A stretch of DNA of 51,469 bases, filler included, from Sphacelaria rigidula (GCA_964200075.2; 3 parts of 3 records of this genome joined end to end with filler, not necessarily neighbours in it), one strand, 5' to 3'; positions 34,283 through 47,200 are shown, counted from the first letter of the whole stretch. Notes: generated from the sequence alone by a model not told the origin. Made by a program: numbers and translations.

Positions 34283-34382
34283 NNNNNNNNNNNNNNNNNN
34301 NNNNNNNNNNNNNNNNNNNNNNNNNNTTAATTAATTAANNNNNNNNNNNNNNNNNNNNNNNNNNNNNNNNNNNNNNNNNNNN
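34283..34382. other. Assembly spacer N44-TTAATTAATTAA-N44
   Basis: Identical artificial 100-nt linker. Confidence 0.98.
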
Positions 34383-34451
34383 TTAATCCTCCGGGTTCTC
34401 ATCCTCAATGAAAAGTACCATCCTCAACATAGATGATCGGCTGTTAATTGG

Positions 34452-34454
34452 TGT

Positions 34455-34486
<32 letters not shown>

Positions 34487-34552
34487 GATCCCATCTGTTT
34501 TGGACGCCACTCTATACCTTTCCGCGAAGTGGGCGCATCAGCCGGGGTCACA
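34452..34552 (-). repeat. (CA)n-tailed dispersed repeat, copy 3 (inverted)
   Basis: Reverse complement reads TGTGACCCCGGCTGATGCGCCCAC..GTGGCGTCCAAAACAGATGGGAT(CA)n. Confidence 0.85.
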
Positions 34553-37056
34553 TTGATTAACAACAATGCCACGTTTCACAAATAAAAGATGATAAACAGA
34601 CTTGAGGAGGAAAACACTCGTTTCTGGTGATTCAGCGTCGATTTTTTCCAGAAAAAAAAAGATAAAGGTTGGACTATGAAAATTCGGGAAGGCTTGCAGC
34701 TGCTTCCTCCAAAACTATTTTGGCGTACATTCTCCGTTATTTCGTACGTCAATGACTCTTGGTCGGGCCAACGATTTTACGTACAGGCCCCACCCACCTC
34801 ATCATTTCATTTAATGACTTTCTTCACTGTATTATGGAGAGAGAACTCAAGGGATCTTTCGGGTCGTATGGAAAGTTGGTGGAATTCGGGCAAAAGTCAA
34901 ACTAGGCGTACATGAAGGTCGGGAAAATGCGCTGGGATGCTCTCGGAAGTGTTGCAGAGAGTCTCGTCAAGGCCGCACAGTCCGCTATTATTAGGCCGCT
35001 TTCCCTTAGCGAAACTCATGTCACCGCCGAACATGCAAAATAGGCAAGTTTATCACAAGTACTTCCCTCAAGCATCCACAATAAGTGGCCACACTCCTAG
35101 TCATCGCGTGATCATCACGGCGGCAAAGGTCACTCCACTGGAAAAACGTGCACCCCTGTAGCTCGTCATCACTCGAAAGAAAACAAAGAAGAGACATATC
35201 CGTTATCAACGCCTCAGCTCGAGCAAATCTGCGCCATCATGTTTGTCGATTTCTTCTTGAAGATGTTCTTATTTACACTCGCCGCTGGTCATACAAGTCC
35301 TGGTGCGCAGGTTTCGAGCTCAAAACACAACGCCCGAGATCTGCAGCACTGTCGGGAAGAAAGCTGGGAACAACCCCCTAAATCACCTTTTTGCCTTTGC
35401 ACATGCTTTCCATGTGCGCTGTGCCCACTCTGCACAGAAATTACCTCTGCACAAACATGGAAGATGGATAACGACTAACTAGCAGTAAAAGCGTATGTGC
35501 GTTGGTAGGGTGCTATACGGCTTGACCATTCGGAGGGGTAAAATATTATGTGTATTTGAGTAACGCCGCGATAGCCCCACCCCACACCATCCTCATCACT
35601 CTCATGAGGCAAATCGCCTAAAAGCGCATGACAGCTGGTTACAGGCTGCACGAAGTGCCTCGTACGGGCAACATTATTGGTGAAAATGGTCTCGAGTGTG
35701 GGAATTCCGACCTGCTCCGTGTGCTCCGCTTTTGTCCTTTTGATATCGCAGTTTGACTTTGCCATCTCGACCCAGCCACCTTCCTGGGGCGGGGGGAGCT
35801 ATCGGGGTATCAGTCCGTCGTTGTTTGTGTCGAGGAAATTGTGAAACGCATCTGTTCTTCTTGTTCCGAGATGAGTTTTTGCGTGCTCCGGAGCCCGCAC
35901 GAACCCGGAAGGTACAGATGCAGATCAGTGTCTGCCCTCGTAAGCCGTTGCGGAGAGCTTGCGATCGATATACTCTACAGGTTACGACTCCTGAAGTGCT
36001 CGACCACCAACGACAAAAACCAGACCGAGCCTCGTAACTGACGAGATTTCAACTGATCGACGTGCCCATACCTTGCTATACAGCACCAGGTTGCAACGCG
36101 AAAAGAGGACAACAGGTATTCTCCGATTCACCGTCAGTCGACAGATGGGATATCAGCTTGGGTGTTTCACCAACGAAACGATTATATACTCCAATATGCA
36201 ACCATCAAACGTACAGATTACCGTGTTTTCGAAAAAGGCGGGAGCAGTCGCTCCGAATGTTGTCGGATGACCCCAGCAACCGCAGGAACAACTTTTTTGG
36301 TGTGCAAGCGGTTGATTTCTCTGGGTGTATGTCACGAACGGGGGTAAAACGAGCAGTGATGAACGAACGCATGGCAAGGCCAATGGACTGATGTCAGGAT
36401 ACGGTATACAGAGTACGGTACAAATGATGCCGGTTACAGAAAATAGGGCACCGCGCTCGACAATTGTCACTGGGCGCTCGTGATCTTCGACGGAAGAGGG
36501 AGCACCATATTTCGTCAAGGGTGGGTGAAAACAGAGAGTTCAGGAGGATACGCCTTTGATTCAGGCGGTTGTATTTATTTTTTGAACTCTGCACACACCG
36601 TATCCTGATGGCGGTCCCTGTGGCATATCCCACGCTCTTTCATTGCCAGTCATACCCCCGTTTGTCGCATGCTGTGCACCCTTCGCCCTCCTGTTGCCCA
36701 CCAACTCGGGGGGCACCTACACATGAAACCAACGAAACCAATAGAACAGAGCCGATACAAAATGGCGTACAGCTTGCTGACTGTGTCTTGTCGAGAACGA
36801 ACAAGAAGCTCGCACGAAGAGCTCCCACACGGACCGCATGGATTGGTCGCCGCGATATTTCTTCCCTGTGAGAAAAAAATCGGCGGGCTTGCTCTCCTCG
36901 AGAGTTTTCTTCTCAGATATTGTTCTTGAAATAATCAAGAAGGCGTTTTTGAGGGAGGGGGGGGGGTGGGATGATTTAATAGGGCAAATTCGATAAACAC
37001 CGACGACAACTTTCGAACAACTTGGCACGGCACGGCAGTGACTAACTCACGCCGTG

Positions 37057-37140
37057 AAAAAAAATCGTGTTGGCCCTTCCCTGGGTAATAGACCCTGGCT
37101 GATGCGCCCACATACAGTATACGGAAAGGTGTAGACATGA
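37057..37140 (+). repeat. (CA)n-tailed dispersed repeat, copy 4 (degenerate, tail lost)
   Basis: GTGTTGGCCCTTCCCTGG..GACCCTGGCTGATGCGCCCACATAC..GGAAAGGTGTAGA. Confidence 0.65.
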
Positions 37141-38497
37141 ACAAATATACACCGCGTGTCTAGCTTTTTTCAAATCCTTTCGAGAAAGTGCACGTCGGCA
37201 GAGCGTTCTGTACAGGTATGTCGGGGGGAAAATGTATACATGCTCGCTGCGTCGGGACAACCGCCGTTCCCATTCGTAACGACGGTGTTGTCTTGTTCGA
37301 AAAATAAATCACGGCGGATGGCAGTATGTCTGGGGTCTAGGAGGGCAGGCTTTGGCCATGATAATATGCCCTCGCCAGTCTCCAAAAGTGGCACATCGGC
37401 TGAAGCAACAGTTGATCGCAGGTATACCTCGAAATTTGCTTTTCTCAAATATTTTAATAACCGCCACGTTCGTCACGCTGGGTGTTTGCGTTACTGCACA
37501 CCTACCATGCAAACTATAAGAGGGTTTTGGGAAACAAATATGGGCCAGAAAAACTGAGGGATAATTATCGTTTGATTGAATTCTAGTATGAAGACGCAAA
37601 TTATCCCCGAGTCTTCGTCTCAAAATTTTGCTTTCCGAAACTCTCTTTGTTCCGTTTCGACACAACGCGACCACGTGATCGTGAAAAGGCTGCGATGACA
37701 GGGCATGACAATTTCGGGTTTGGATTCGGCCAACACGACGCTTCATACATGGTGTACTGAACTGCACGGCTTGTTGACATGTCTGTGCTGCTGTAGGCAT
37801 CACGCCTCGCAGCTGTGTTCTCAACCATTTCATTCATAGAGGATCGCGTTGCACTTGGATGCATCTCTGGCGAAAGAGACATCCAATGCAGTAGATGGAT
37901 CTGTATCAGCTCGAGGAGTGCGATGCAGGCCTTCGGGCATGCTTCGCGATATATTGGGTCATGATGATATACAGTATAGGTTATATATGTTTTTGAGACC
38001 ACCCTTGGGCTCGAGTCTCGTAATGACGAAATTGGTGGACCCGCAAAAATCATGTATTGTGCAACGACGGGGTCATACCCCAAATCCAAACGACACGGGG
38101 CAGCAATCGCATAACTAGATCCGAACTTGATCGAGCTATTCGTGCTTTTATTTTAAACCATGAATCCTGGAGACCGACACCTTGGCGAAAATCAAACACA
38201 ATCACAAAATGCCCTCAGCACGATTTTTTGAAACTGGCTGTGAACCTTACATACTCTCCCCAATTGTTTTCCGAAAAATCATTCCACTTCGTGTCATTCA
38301 TCACAAAGCGCATCTGGCATGTGTGCCGTATGCTATTTCCTTCGACATGGGGGAAGCGCCAACAAGATATATACGAGGTGAGCAGATTTCAGAAGAGTTT
38401 GCCCCGGTTCAGCTCCGAAATACAATAGTTGAATACAAGTATATATTCGTACTCGGTGAGGGTAGAATTTGAACCCTGAACCATCACTTTCGGGATC

Positions 38498-38706
38498 TTA
38501 ACCCTAAGACCGCGTGTTTAGTCTTCTGTTGAATCGGCATCAATCTCGAGTGAAAAAAAGTATGCATGATCCAGAAAGATCAATCTCGCGGTCTAAGGGT
38601 TAACCGTTAGACCGCGAGGTTAGTCTTCTGTTGAATCGGCATCAATTTCAAGTGAAACAAAGTATGCATAATCCAGATAAGACTACCCTCGCGGTCTAAG
38701 GGTTAA
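38498..38706. mobile_element. Head-to-tail dimer of piggyBac-type MITEs (98 and 99 bp) sharing a central TTAA
   Basis: TTAA|CCCTAAGACCGCG..CGCGGTCTAAGGG|TTAA|CCGTTAGACCGCGAGG..CCTCGCGGTCTAAGGG|TTAA; units at 38502-38599 and 38604-38702. Confidence 0.9.
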
Positions 38707-39983
38707 AGAGGCTCACAGTCTCAAAGTTGCTCGCTCAGCGTGAGAAAAGCGCCCGATGTACACAGCCCTTGCCGTATTTTCATCACGCCCGCAGGCCATG
38801 CAGGCTCGTAGGCGCCACTTAGAGACGAAGCAAACGCGAACTTTACGATTAAAAAACTTGAGCACCCCACGAGCCTGATGATCATCGGCCTGCCCTTTGC
38901 CTTCGCTCGGGCTTTGGGCTCGGTTTAGCCTGTAGCCTCGACAGTGTGACTGACAGTGGTCAACCATGACACTTCGGGGCCGAACCGGGATAAACCCCCG
39001 TCAGGTTGGTTCTTGGTATATATGTCTACTTGCTTACTGGCGGTTAAACTGCACGCGAAGAACTCCCAGAAGCATCCTATTTCAGTTCACATGGAAACAA
39101 AAAAGACTTCTCTGATTGTCGTCGCTGATTGTTCGCCATCATGTACTGTACTGTTGTACGCTGCGTATTGTGTAGAAGGATTGGTGAGGCGCCCCCGCTG
39201 GGATGAAGCAGGAGGGGGAGAGGGGGGGGGGGAGGAGGAGCGAGCAAACTCCACCTCGCGACGTTACGGTTTGAGTCAATCTCCGCCCCTCGACGAGAAT
39301 GCTGTTCACCCTCGAAAAGCAGGGGGTTGCGTTGGGAGGGAAAGGGCGGGGGTGGGTGGGCGGACGCACCAACTCATGCAGAGAGTAGATGCGTGGAAAC
39401 CTGAATTAAAGCAAATGGACAAGAGTCAACGGTCCGGACCGGGGGGCAGTACCACCAGCAAACTTTCGAAATCGCACTTGGAAAAAGTCGGTTGCTGACC
39501 ACTTTTGTATATCGCATATGACGCACCCGCCTGCGTCCTACCTGCGATTCTCATTCTTTGATAAAACATACGGTACGACAGGGTCCAACAGTCCGGACAG
39601 CCCCGGCAATACAGTAGTACCATAGTGAAGGACGCAGCTTAATACAGGCAACACTACGGCACGACACGGCGGTGCAGTGCCATAGTCGTAGCCGATATGA
39701 GCCGCAGTGGAGACACAGAATGGAGCAGAGCACCCGCTGAAAAAAATTGTTCGCAAAAAAAAGACGGGCATCATGCACTAGAGACAGGGCAAGGCTGTGA
39801 TAAGTCTGCCAAATACGTTCAGATTTGAATGCCGGGCTCGGGGCAGAGCGATATCCGGGCGGGGGGTGGTCTGGACGTCGAGTTGAACAGATGCTGCGGT
39901 CAGCGCATTATACCACACAGTGCAGCACACACGTACGGTCGGGTGAGACTACGATCGTACGCATATATTTTCAGCCATCAACA

Positions 39984-40068
39984 GAGGTATCTCAAACTCG
40001 AGATTCCCGATACATTCAACTGTAAGTCACTGTAAAGTATAGCGGGAATCTCGAGTATGAGATACCTC
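39984..40068. repeat. 85-nt hairpin with a 26-bp stem (1 mismatch)
   Basis: GAGGTATCTCAAACTCGAGATTCCCG ... CGGGAATCTCGAGTATGAGATACCTC. Confidence 0.9.
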
Positions 40069-41684
40069 GATACCTCCAACAATCAGAATACCATCTTGTC
40101 CGGGGGATCTTTCATGTTTGGTATTACAGATCGAGCCACGGTACGCGATACACGTGAACTGTAATCCACGTTGGGAGAATCAATCGTACGCGGAAGGAAC
40201 GCTGCAGGAACCTGTAATACACTCGTCACATGAAATAATCCCGTGCACTGCGGTGCTTCATCGAGTTTCCTCTGGCTGCATCAACGCACGAGAGACAACA
40301 TAAGCACGTGCACGGGTATGACGGCACCTGAAAAATGAAAAGACGACATTCATATCCCGACATGCCTCAAGTATAGATCTTGGAGGCCTGAAACGTGTTT
40401 TCACTTCTGCTCGTGAGGATACCACAAAGTTCAGGCACTTACTCAATCCATCCGTTCACTTTTACTACGACTTCTGCATGCACTCCAACAGATGGTAGCG
40501 TGATTGTGGCGCATCTCCCAGAGCGCAGGGCAGGGTGCTTGTGCCGGTAGTGATATTTCAGATGTTAATCCGAAAAAGGCGTTGTGTAGTATCTCGTTGC
40601 TTTTGATGGGTTGCATACAAAAGTACAAGGGTAGTTTTACCAGCCTTCACTTTTTTTCATCGAACAGCAACTTGACCCACACAAAAATTGCACAGCAGGT
40701 ATAACACGGAAATTCTCGGCGGGTGTTTACGCTGCTTGATACAGGTATGTTATCCTGGGCGAAAACAGGGTAAAATATCGTCTAGCGTGTCGGGGACTCA
40801 TCGAAAAAAAGGACTGCTGTAGTGTTGTCCTGCCAGTGAATGCAAGGTGCGTTGCCCACACACTGAGGCCCTCGTATTTAAAGTGAAGTAATGAACGAAT
40901 AAGTGAAAATGTCGTCGAAGGCGTCGGCCCCATGTGCGTCGTTGTTTCACGGGACTGTCACAGGGTAGTGGAACACCTACTCCGTGTAATATTTTTTGGC
41001 TCTACAAGTGCTAGAAATCACCAGCAACAACTAAAGTGTTTTGTAGGACAAGACGGGCAGTAGCATTACGGACGGCAGCAGTGGTATGTGGCGTTTCATT
41101 TGCTAGAAATCAAGTCGGGACGTATCGTCTGTGCTCTCAAACCAATGCTGCGGCGAACACATGCGACAGGAACCAAACCGCTGCCAGGAAACATGAAGGC
41201 AGCGACATGAACAAACATGTGACAGCAAAAAAGGGCGCTGAGATTGGAAGAGGAGGGGTATTTACGGTTGTCAATCGCCTACCGCTTGTCCAAAGTCAAG
41301 AACGATGGGGCTGAACCCCCGAGAAAACATTTCACGGTACAAAAGTCCACCTGCCCAACCGGAAAGACCTTTTATCCCGTCGTCCCGTCTCCATGTCGTG
41401 TAAGTACGATTGTTTTCGCACAACAGCATACGAGACACGAGGGCTCGTGTGTGTATATTGGGGTAATCTCTGCCACATGGTCGTGCTAGAATGAAAGCAG
41501 ATCTCCAAGTCGAGGCGGGTAACCGTGCACACACCAACCACCAGGAGGTCTGGCCCGGTGAAGCTTTAGTTAGGCCTGAGCTGGTGTTGCACCGTACTGA
41601 ATGTAGTAGCTGATCATCTGTAGATATTTCATGCGCATTATACACATGCAGATGAATACACGAACAATCACATCAAACAGCCTG

Positions 41685-42329
41685 TTACCTTCTTTCACCA
41701 GCAACGTCCTCCCTGCTGCCAGTCCTCGTCTCCTCCGTGCTGGCATTGATGACTTCCACGGGTTTGACACCACCTGCGGCTCCATCACTAGCAGCGCCAG
41801 CTCCCTGCTCGACGTTATGTCTAAGCCACCTTGCCCGCCTCTCTTTCTCGTCCTCATCGGCATCCTCAAAATCATCTTCGAAGTCAAGATCGTGGTCATC
41901 GGCGTTTTCTTTTTTGTTGCCGGACGAAACCCGTCCACCGTGTGCTGTACCAGCCCCCAGCGGTGCCCCACCGTCTACCACCCGCGAAGTGTTGAACATC
42001 CCACCGCTCAATTCGTGCTCAGACTCGGTATCTCCTTCCGAGCGACCTGTGACTGAGTGTTGCGACGTTGACCCCATGCTTCGCCCCCCTCCTTTGAATC
42101 CGTAGAAGGACGATGCTTGGGTCGTGTTGGTATTCATGGAGGTTTTAACAGAAACCGACGACGACAGGAGTCGCGCGGGTATGATGTTGCTGTCATCGAC
42201 CTCTGAGGGTTGCGAGTCTATCGGTGGCGGTATAGATGAGTCACTTTTTTGCTCAGGGCTGCCGCCAATTCCAGTACCGGCGCCGGTATCGCGAACGACA
42301 CTGGAGGGTGTCGATGCCGCACACCCCAT
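41685..42329 (-). CDS. 214-aa disordered protein with MGC N-acylation signal and acidic FFAT-like motif
   Basis: ATG at 42329 gives MGCAAS (Gly2, Cys3, Ser6 fit myristoylation plus palmitoylation); Ser/Gly-rich linker; DDHDLDFEDDFEDADEDE followed by a charged helix KERRARWLRH. A possible intron donor at 41688 would still end the protein at ERR. Confidence 0.7.
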   Translation of the reverse strand: MGCAASTPSSVVRDTGAGTGIGGSPEQKSDSSIPPPIDSQPSEVDDSNIIPARLLSSSVSVKTSMNTNTTQASSFYGFKGGGRSMGSTSQHSVTGRSEGDTESEHELSGGMFNTSRVVDGGAPLGAGTAHGGRVSSGNKKENADDHDLDFEDDFEDADEDEKERRARWLRHNVEQGAGAASDGAAGGVKPVEVINASTEETRTGSREDVAGERR

Positions 42330-43993
42330 TGTTCTCTTCTGTACCCTGTTGTTGTCGTTTTCGTTTTGTTGGGTTGCTGGGATACACAGCACTGACTCTC
42401 AGGTAATGTAGTGACGGGTGGGTACGGCCAGTGAAGAAAACAGCAGTGTCGTACCCGAGCGGTTATTGCAGGCAGAGCAGCGGCACGGAGCCTGAGTCAC
42501 TGAACAGCCTAAGAAAGCACCAGCTGTTTCACGTGAAGGGAGACGTCCCACCCCGTCCGCACGTGAGGGCGTCCAACCGCGCTGCTGTTTATCAATATAC
42601 TATACCGCGGTCGTTGCAAAGTACCGAGTGTTTCAAGAGCACTGATACTGTAGGATGAAAGGCTTTTCGTCTCTCTGCGTTGGCAAACGACACGGATCTA
42701 CGGAATGCCTGTCTGATCACCCCCGGGGCAGCAGCACCGGTCACACCGCTCAAATAGTATCCCTTCGGTCTGCTGCAGAACTGGAGTAGGTCCGCTTCCG
42801 CGCGGGAGAAGGTTCCAGAGTCGGACGCCGCCCACAGCAGCAGGTCCCCACCCAACTGCAGGCCAAAAGTAGCAGCCAATTCCAGATCTGGCGGGAAGAA
42901 AATGTAATTGTTGGCATGTTTGGATCCGTTCACCAGGCGTATCGCTATCTTAGTCTGAATACCTAATTTCTTCATATTTGCATTTTTCCGGATTTTGCTG
43001 TCGGAATGTTCACCGGCTCAAATAACAAACGAAGTGAGTTTTCCGGCAATGTCGAAATATATGTTTCGAAGTAGCTAGACAGTACACAGTACGAGTATAG
43101 AGATGACACTCACTTTGAGTGTGCGTAAGGTTGTTAAAAAAGACGTGTTTAGCGTACGCACGAGCTGTTTCGATGTATTTACTCCAAATAAGTAAGTGAG
43201 TGATATGCAGCAAGCAGGGTATAGAGAGCCACTCCGCCCACATATTAGAAATAAAACAGTAGTGCTGTACGAACAACCCGGGCCGTTACTCCGCAACGGC
43301 AAAACGCGGACATGCGACCCATCGACATCAATAGTCTATGTTATCTTATCACGAAGTGCAGAGGTATCATTAATATCACGGGTATACACTAAGCATTATT
43401 ATTATTCTCGAGACTCCTTAACCAACCGCTTTGTGCTTGAGGAGAATACGCAGCACAGGGACAGAGAGTGCCGGGCCGGCAGAAGGACAAGCAATCCGCC
43501 GAAACCCTCGCTCAGAGAGTGAGTTAATCGTTTCTGACTGCCTCTCTATCGAGCCTTTCGTGTTGTGTGGGAGATTTCTGACGGCGTATCGTCATCATTG
43601 GCTGTGTGATCCCACCGCTTCTCAGTCTGTACAGGAGTGCATCAAAAAGTTCGATTTTCTTCCGTGCTGCTGTGGCGGCGACTGCTTCTCCTGTTGCAGT
43701 TTTCTGCGAGGTTAGGACATCACCGTCTTAAGGGAGGCGGCTTGCCCCCTGTTCTCTACCCCTCCTACCTCCGGTACCTTTCTCGTTGGAAGTGGAGAAC
43801 AGTATAGTATCACAGAGGCTGCGAAGAGAAGAGCAAGGGGACATCAGGCACTCCCTGCAACCAGGAAGGATTGTTTGCTCTCTATGTACAGGGGTGGCTG
43901 CACCACACTATAATATCATCAGAACAGCTGCCCGTGCCCGTAGTCGCTGAAACACTAGACGTATTTTCGGGTGGAGATACTCGTCAAAGTCAG

Positions 43994-44251
43994 ATGTCGT
44001 TCGCCCAAAGCATGGGTGACTTTTCCTCGGGCGGAGGGGGGGGGGCGGGTGTATGGTCACAGGAAGCTCAAGCAGCTGGACATGGCGAAGGAGGAGCGGT
44101 AGGAGAACGGGGGGGTGCAGAACAGCCACCGACCGTAGATGCGGCTTTCAAGTTGCAGGTGGACGAGGGAGCGACCGTGAGCGCGACCTTCCCTTTTTTT
44201 GGCGACCCAGAAGGCGGGCAGCTGAGCTTCCAGATTGGAGACACTATCGAG
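43994..44251 (+). CDS. First coding exon of an SH3-domain protein (partial)
   Basis: ATVSATFPFFGDPEGGQLSFQIGDTIE matches the SH3 N-half (ALYDY...ELSFxxGDxI). Acceptor tatgtacAG at 43891, probable ATG at 43994, donor GAG|GTGAGA at 44251. The next exon was not located. Confidence 0.7.
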
Positions 44252-47200
44252 GTGAGAGTAGTACTTCTTGGAGGAAGTGGGGGATGGCCTCGTTGTCTCA
44301 AGAGGGTGCGGAAGATCGATTGGGAGTCCGGGAGGGCGGGATCAGCAGTTTGTTGAGTGGTTCGTGTTTTGAGTGTACAGTCTGGGTAGAATGTGTCGAA
44401 TGCCGAATTTGAGAAAAGTCGTACGCCAAGAACTGCCCTATTTTCCTAGAGGAACGACTCGGCGTCCCGTGAAGGGTGGTGCGGTTTCGGCTTTGCACGT
44501 GCTTGTCGCCGAGGTTGAGACATGTGCACGCTGTGTTTCCGCTTTGGATGAAGGATTTGTGGAACAGGCTCGCGTGATGAAGCGTGTGCCACAGCAGATA
44601 TTGTTGTACCATATACTGCACTGTACAGGAGAGGACAAGCAGCAGACCCAGCTCTTGTAGTTCAGTTATATTGCTCTTGAAAAGTGCGGTTTAATTTCAC
44701 ATCCGTTGCATCACCCAGTCCGTTCGCCTTTTCTACACGAGTCTCCCTCTGGGCAGTATATATCGTCTTGGGCATGTGTGACACTATTGCAACGTGGCAC
44801 AGTGCTGTACACGGACCTCTGATAGCGTGACCATATGTCTGACATACGATGGCTATCATCTTGTGAAACGAATACCTGTTCAGTTTCCATGTCGCTCGTT
44901 CCTGCACAGAACACTAGCCCCAAATTCCCAGTTTCTGCAGGGCCTCATCAGAAGTATTTTCCCTTTTCGTTTCTACAGACGTACGGTATGCGACCGACAC
45001 CTACACACGAAAATGTCGGGCACCCACAGCACTCCAAAATCGATGATGTCATTGTTGTGAGCAAGTTGGATGTATGATGGATATCCCGATATCGAGAGCA
45101 CTCGAAGCCCACATACGATTCCAAGGTGAACGTGTGTTGGACCAGGTTGGCGCAAAAGTTTGTTTTTGCTTGTTGTTGTTGTTATTGTTGCTGTCGTCTT
45201 CTCCCCTGCTTTTATTCACGACCTTCGCGTATGACTGGAGAGATGACTGCATCACTGCATGTTCTTTACCACCGCCGACGGAAAAAACTTGAATGTTGCA
45301 GTCACGTGGCGTTTTTGAATCCTTTTCGGGGAAGTGTTTGCTGTAGTTCATCCGAAATCAAACACCGACGAAAAAGAGACGTCCATTCATAATATTCCCT
45401 CTCACGCACTCACCTTCGCCAGTCACGTTTTCGAAAGTCGTTGAGTCATGTGCAGTACAGTAGGAGTACCATCTGCCACTTCCCCGGCCCTTGCCTCTGT
45501 CCGTTCGATTCGCCATACATGTAAATACTTGGCCGCACTGTGCCAATTCGCATGGGATCACTGCATTTGTCCTCGTTTGGAGTGTATACAGCGCAGTCGG
45601 ATCAGCATTGAGCAACACGAGTGCCTCTGATCGCGCGGAGTCTTTCGAAGGACACATCGTCCACACCCTTTTTCATGTCTTGTCGGGCATTTGTTCTGCT
45701 TTCCACCCACTGCACCGTCCCAGAACGTGATTTCATTCATGTATCAATCACAGCGACGACAGCCCTAGTGTGTTTGGGCCGGGGGTGCCGGCATCCCACG
45801 GCTGTATACACGCTACCAGACAAGGCCGAGCTCCTAATATTCGTGGTATAGGTCTGCACGGCTGCTCCACATGTGTACAATACTACGGGGCCCAGACCCA
45901 ACACCCCACACCAATTATGTCCACAGACGGCCATGTGCAAGAACATGAGGACCCCAGTCTCTTGGCGGATCGTCAGGGTTGCCAGGGTTCGGCTTATTCA
46001 CCCTTTGGTAGGAACACTCCGCTGTTACTCCCCATCCTGCCTTGAACACCGTCAAAGTTCAGCACTGCAGCGTCCTGTACCATGTCCGACGTGCCAATAA
46101 TCCTCGTGAAAGTGGGATGCGTTTTGCATCGGATGCAACCGTCCATAACTGCAGTACTGCCAACACGCCGACGGGGCGCTCGGCGGTGGAAGCGCGCGCT
46201 GCAAAGGCGATACCGGTCGCCTCTTTGATCTTCTCGGCGTCGTGGCGGGATCACTCTGCAACGTTGCTGCAGGAGCCATTGCCGGAATGGTCATGGCGGC
46301 GACCGCCACTTCCTTCGCAACTCGCTCATCAATCTCCAAGCGCGCCCAGGAGCGCAGTCCCCATCGCGATCACCTCGGTACAATACAGCGGTATTCACCG
46401 CACTGTCTCCGCCGCCGGCATGTCAGTCGCTGAGCCTAGCCTCGCGCTAGTGTGCTGTGCAGCAGTGATGACCAAGACCCTGTCAGGCAGCGGTGTGACA
46501 ACCCGAACTTATCGCTGTTGCCACTGGGACCGGTCGTCGCGGGGACCCTTCAACAGAGGGTATTTCTTGGAGACATTGACCCTGCAAATGAAGGAGTAGG
46601 CCCCTTTGACGAGTCCGACTCGTGCTGTGCCGTGCTGTGCTGTGCTATACCGATATACTGAACTGACTGACCTACAGTGTGCTACTCTACTGTGCTGTAT
46701 CGTTGTTGAGCGATGAAGTGGTACAGCCCAACGCCGGCATACGAAGCGTGTACGGAGTATCGTGCCATCCGGCAATGGGGTTATTGACCCCCCCAGGCAC
46801 CGGTGCAGAGCTCAAGAATAACCCGAATAGGTCATTTGTTCTGCAGGGCCCTCCAGTTGTTGATTTATTTGGTGCCATGTGAGAGGCAAGATGTACTTAC
46901 ATGTCCAGTGACCGAAATTTCCCATGTTCTCTCGTGTTGATCGTCATCTCCCTTGCGACAGGATGCTTGAAATCTGTCCAATTGGCCAGTGAAGGAAAAC
47001 ACAACCTCGCGCTGAGAATCACGACCACCCCGAGACGATACTAAACATCGCCTGCCTGCGCAGCATTTTTCATTAACCACAGCTATTGTTTTGGATAAGT
47101 TGAAAACAGTGAAAGCTGTGCCGCACCATCGCTCATGTTTGATTCACCGAAAGGGCGCCAGCTGCAGAGCAACTCGTCCGCAGCGTCTGGGACTGCACGA

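Noticed and set aside
35475-38460. Moderately long ORFs after the second gap as a continuation of the VPS13-like gene
   Set aside because: No EF-hand or beta-groove-like sequence and no phase-compatible splice sites were found; probably decayed repeats.
38498-38706. CRISPR-like or prokaryotic repeat array
   Set aside because: There are only two long units, with TIRs and TTAA, no unique spacers and no cas genes; the context is eukaryotic.
42592-42975. 127-aa minus-strand ORF upstream of the MGC gene
   Set aside because: No recognisable domain; more likely a 5'UTR exon or chance ORF.
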